64,000 nucleotides of DNA from Betaproteobacteria bacterium (GTDB lineage: Bacteria > Pseudomonadota > Gammaproteobacteria > Burkholderiales > Thiobacillaceae). The notes under the pieces are model-generated. The model did not search any database, had not been told where the DNA came from, and saw only the letters and a program-made list of their open reading frames with translations. Both the position numbers and the translations under genes were made by a program. Location: positions 42,066 through 106,065 of the forward strand of contig JACRAU010000023.1 in NCBI GenBank assembly GCA_016234655.1. The letters are read 5' to 3'. Position 1 is the stretch's first letter; each line of letters opens with the position of its first letter. Of the stretch, positions 60,819-64,000 are shown one piece after another.

Positions 60819-62300
60819 ATGCAGGAATATCCAACACTAGCTGCAGTTGATCTCGGGTCGAACAGTTTTCATCTCCAAGTCGGCCGGGTCGAGGGCGAGC
60901 AGTTGTTCTATCTCGATGCACACAAGGAGTCGGTGCGCCTGGCCGCCGGGTTGAACGGCGACAAGTACTTGGATGCCGCCTCGCAAAAGCGGGCACTCGA
61001 CTGCCTGGCCCGTTTCGGCGAGCGGCTGAATGGCATGCCGGCCGGCAGCGTGCGCGCGGTGGGCACCTCGGCCTTGCGCGTGGCGAAGAACTCGGTTGAG
61101 TTCATGGAGCAGGCCAAGGCCGCGCTCGGTTTCGACATCGAGGTGGTGTCCGGCCGCGAGGAGGCCCGGCTGATCTACCTGGGCGTCGCGCACAGCCTGC
61201 CGTTGAACAAGGAGCCGCGTCTGGTGGTCGACATCGGCGGCGGTTCGACCGAGTGCATCGTCGGCGTCGGCTACGAGCCGCAGGAACGCGAGAGCCTGCG
61301 CATGGGCTGCGTGGTATTCTCGGAGCGTTATTTTCCCGACGGCCGGGTCGACAAGGCTTCGATGAAGGCGGCCGTCACCGCCGCGCGCATGGAGACCTTG
61401 GAGGTGGCCAAGCAGTTCAAGCGTGGGCGTTGGGCCGAGGCGGTGGGTTCGTCCGGCACCGCGCGCGCCCTGAGCGAGCTGTGCTTTCAGATGGGCCTGT
61501 CGGACGGCGAGATCACCGCCGACGGCCTGAAGTGGCTGCGCGACAATATTGCCAAGGCGGGCGGCGTCGAGCAGGCCGACCTGCCGGGCCTGAAGCCGGA
61601 TCGGCGGCCGGTCATCCTGGGCGGCATCGCGGTGATGTCGGCGATCTTCGAGGAATTGAAGATCGAGACCATGAAGGTGGCGCAGGGCGCCATGCGCGAA
61701 GGCATTCTGTGGGACTTGCTCGGCCGGGTGCACGACCACGACATGCGCGACGTGACCGTCGCCCAGTTCGTGCGGCGCTATCACGTCGACGCCCGGCAGG
61801 CCCAGCGCGTCGAGCGCCTGGTTTTGGATATGTTCGCGCCCTGGCGCGATGCCGGCCTGCCGGATGCCGCGCACTTCCTCGTTTGGGCGGCGCGGCTGCA
61901 CGAGATCGGCATCTCCATCGCGCATTCCGGTTTCCATAAGCATGCCGCCTATATCCTGGAGAACGCCGACATGCCGGGCTTCTCGCGCCAGGATCAGGTG
62001 CGTTTGGCGGCGCTGGTGCGGGCCAGCCGGGGCGGTCTGGCCAAGCTGGACATCGCGCCGGACTATCCCGATTGGCCGCTGATCCTGTGCCTGCGCTTGG
62101 CGGTGTTGTTGCATCGGAATCGTTCGGATGCGGTCTTGCCCGATATGCGGCTCGATTGCGCCGAAGGCGAATGCGTGCTGCGTTTGCCGGAGCAGTGGCT
62201 GGCGGGCAATCCGCTCAGCCAGGCGGCGATAGAGAGCGAGATCAAGCAGTGGCGCGGTCTGCCGGCCGAGCCCAGGCTGGCCGGGCTGAGCGGGCGTTGA
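60819..62300 (+). CDS. ppx: Exopolyphosphatase (Ppx/GppA family)
   Basis: AAVDLGSNSFHLQV N-terminus, ASKHA fold motifs (DIGGGSTE), C-terminal HD-like region. Confidence 0.92.
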   Translation: MQEYPTLAAVDLGSNSFHLQVGRVEGEQLFYLDAHKESVRLAAGLNGDKYLDAASQKRALDCLARFGERLNGMPAGSVRAVGTSALRVAKNSVEFMEQAKAALGFDIEVVSGREEARLIYLGVAHSLPLNKEPRLVVDIGGGSTECIVGVGYEPQERESLRMGCVVFSERYFPDGRVDKASMKAAVTAARMETLEVAKQFKRGRWAEAVGSSGTARALSELCFQMGLSDGEITADGLKWLRDNIAKAGGVEQADLPGLKPDRRPVILGGIAVMSAIFEELKIETMKVAQGAMREGILWDLLGRVHDHDMRDVTVAQFVRRYHVDARQAQRVERLVLDMFAPWRDAGLPDAAHFLVWAARLHEIGISIAHSGFHKHAAYILENADMPGFSRQDQVRLAALVRASRGGLAKLDIAPDYPDWPLILCLRLAVLLHRNRSDAVLPDMRLDCAEGECVLRLPEQWLAGNPLSQAAIESEIKQWRGLPAEPRLAGLSGR

Positions 62301-62330
62301 TGCCGCTTTAGAGCCAACTGAAATAGGCTC

Positions 62331-62481
62331 TAAGAAGCTGTTTAAGAAAAGCCACCAAGCTCGGAAATGCCTTGTGGGAGCGGCCTCCTGGCCGCGATGC
62401 AGGCGATTTCGCGGCCAGGATACCCAAAGGGCATAAAGGCCGCTCTACAGGAAGGCGGGGATTCTTTAAAACAGCTTCTTA
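62331..62481. repeat. ~150-bp nested inverted-repeat element between convergent ppx and ppk
   Basis: Outer arms TAAGAAGCTGTTT(62331-)/AAACAGCTTCTTA(-62481); middle TGTGGGAGCGGCC/GGCCGCTCTACAG; inner perfect CCTGGCCGCGA/TCGCGGCCAGG. Confidence 0.6.
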
Positions 62482-64000
62482 GGCCTGGGCCGTCAGCAAA
62501 CCGATCAGATAGTCCTGGGCCTCGAAGGCCTTGCCGCGCCGACGCACGCGCTGGAACGAACCGTCCGGGTTCATCAGCCAGGCCTTCACGTTGTCGCGCA
62601 GGTAGGGCTTGAGGCCCTCGTTGATGACGCGCCGTTTGAGCTTGGGTTCCAGTAGCGGGAAGCAGGTCTCGATGCGGCGGAAGAAGTTGCGATCCATCCA
62701 GTCGGCGCTGGCCAGGTAGACGTTTTCCTTGCCGGCGTCGAGGAAATAGAAGATGCGGCTGTGTTCCAGGAACCGGCCGAGGATGGAGCGGACCCGGATG
62801 TTGTCCGACACGCCCTTGATGCCGGGACGCAAGGCGCACACGCCACGGATGATCAAGTCGATCTTTACGCCCGCCTGCGAGGCCTCATACAGCGCTTGGA
62901 TGACCTCGGGCTCCAGCAGTGCGTTCATCTTGGCGATGATCGCGGCCGGTTTGCCTTGCTTGGCGTGCTTGGTCTCGTTGCGAATGGCGGCGACCAGCTT
63001 CGAGTGCAGCGTGAACGGGGCCTGGAACAAGTGGGTGTGGGAATGCGCGCGGCCGAGGCCGGTCAACTGCATGAACACTTCGTTCACGTCGCTGCATAGC
63101 TCCGGGTTGCAGGTCAGCAGGCCGAAGTCGGTGTAGAGCCGGGCGGTGCGGGCGTGGTAGTTGCCGGTGCCGAGGTGGGCGTAGCGCTTGAGCTGGCCCT
63201 TCTCGCGCCGCACCACCATGGCCAGCTTGGCGTGGGTCTTGTGGCCGACGATGCCGTAGACCACGTGCGCGCCGGCATCTTCCAGTTGCTTGGCCCAGTT
63301 GATGTTCGCCTCTTCGTCGAAGCGGGCGAACAGCTCGACCACGGCGGTGACTTCCTTGCCGCGCTGCGCGGCGGCGATCAGTTGCCGCATCAACTCCGAA
63401 TCGGTGCCGGTGCGGTAGACGGTCTGCTTGATCGCCAGCACGTCCGGGTCTTCCGCCGCCTGGGCGATGAAGTCGATCACCGGCTGGAACGACTGGTAGG
63501 GATGGTGCAGCAGGATGTCGCCGGCGGTGATCGCCTTGAACAGCTCGGGCTGCCGGATGATCTGGCTCGGCATGCCCGGCGTGAAGGGCGGGAATTTGAG
63601 ATCGGGCCGCTCGACCCGGTCCGGCACCGCCATCAGCCGCACCAGGTTGACCGGGCCGGCCACCTGGTACAGATCGTCGCGCGACAGGTTGAACTGGCGC
63701 AGCAGGAATTCGACGGTCGCCTCGCGGCACATGTCGGAGACTTCCAGGCGCACGGCATCGCCGAAGTGGCGGTGCGGCAGCTCGCCCTGCAACTGCTCGC
63801 GCAGGTTCTTGGTCTCTTCCTCGTCGACGAACAGGTCGGAGTTGCGGGTGATGCGGAATTGGTTGCAGCTCAATATCTCCATGCCGGAGAACAGCTCGCC
63901 GACGTGGGCATGCAGCATGGAAGACAGGAAGACGAAGCTGTATTCGCAGCCGGCCACCTCGCGCGGCAGCTGGATCACGCGCGGCAGCGAGCGCGGCGCC
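62479..64000 (-). CDS. ppk: Polyphosphate kinase 1 (C-terminal ~500 aa; N-terminus outside window)
   Basis: Frame open to the window end; two PLD-like HKD-type blocks (VGHKTHAKLAMVVRRE; GRFLEHSRIFYF). Confidence 0.95.
   Translation of the reverse strand, partial: APRSLPRVIQLPREVAGCEYSFVFLSSMLHAHVGELFSGMEILSCNQFRITRNSDLFVDEEETKNLREQLQGELPHRHFGDAVRLEVSDMCREATVEFLLRQFNLSRDDLYQVAGPVNLVRLMAVPDRVERPDLKFPPFTPGMPSQIIRQPELFKAITAGDILLHHPYQSFQPVIDFIAQAAEDPDVLAIKQTVYRTGTDSELMRQLIAAAQRGKEVTAVVELFARFDEEANINWAKQLEDAGAHVVYGIVGHKTHAKLAMVVRREKGQLKRYAHLGTGNYHARTARLYTDFGLLTCNPELCSDVNEVFMQLTGLGRAHSHTHLFQAPFTLHSKLVAAIRNETKHAKQGKPAAIIAKMNALLEPEVIQALYEASQAGVKIDLIIRGVCALRPGIKGVSDNIRVRSILGRFLEHSRIFYFLDAGKENVYLASADWMDRNFFRRIETCFPLLEPKLKRRVINEGLKPYLRDNVKAWLMNPDGSFQRVRRRGKAFEAQDYLIGLLTAQA

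Noticed and set aside
59555-62114. Long minus-strand ORFs (386 aa at 59555-60715 and 425 aa at 60837-62114)
   Set aside because: They are antisense to the nucleoside-recognition membrane protein and to ppx, both of which carry family motifs. Their composition (Arg/Gly/His/Gln/Asp runs) is typical of high-GC shadow ORFs.

Overview
High-GC proteobacterial chromosomal window, called from motifs read by eye with no database search or alignment run. Its core (28.4-45.9 kb) is a nitrogen-fixation accessory and regulatory region of the Azotobacter/Azoarcus type. nifF (flavodoxin) is divergent from a tightly packed iscA(nif)-nifU-nifS-nifV-cysE-orf171-nifW-nifZ-nifM-rrf2 operon. That operon runs head-on into rnfABCDGEH (minus strand), and rnf is divergent from nifL-nifA plus two small translationally coupled ORFs. 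Sigma54 -24/-12 promoters and TGT-N10-ACA NifA sites are readable in both divergent intergenic regions. No nifHDK, nifENX or nifB lies in the window. Upstream are srkA, a 1495-aa secreted protein with 16 YVTN propeller repeats, glgP and an MFS transporter. Next comes a ~7.7-kb, visibly lower-GC island (9.95-17.7 kb) bracketed by two ~90-bp direct copies of a REP doublet. The island carries a four-gene operon: an N6-adenine methyltransferase with an N-terminal PD-(D/E)xK module, a two-TRD specificity subunit, a HEPN/Abi-like protein and an Mrr-cat nuclease. It has no HsdR helicase. It also carries a flavin reductase and a DUF6516/HTH toxin-antitoxin-like pair. I consider this operon the best candidate for an undescribed composite defence system. 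Between the island and the nif region lie housekeeping genes (Tim44-like, DsbA-like, selO, DUF938, DUF1993) and an uncharacterised TPP-enzyme / GT-A-like / sulfotransferase-like cluster. Downstream of nifA are an intact tRNA-Ser(UGA) preceded by a tRNA-Ser-like 5' fragment, heme/globin/Rieske genes, two MCPs, purT, a U32 peptidase, and convergent ppx and ppk. Several REP-like and GC-rich hairpin repeat families occupy intergenic spaces. Many long alternative-frame and antisense ORFs in the track are high-GC artefacts and were rejected.
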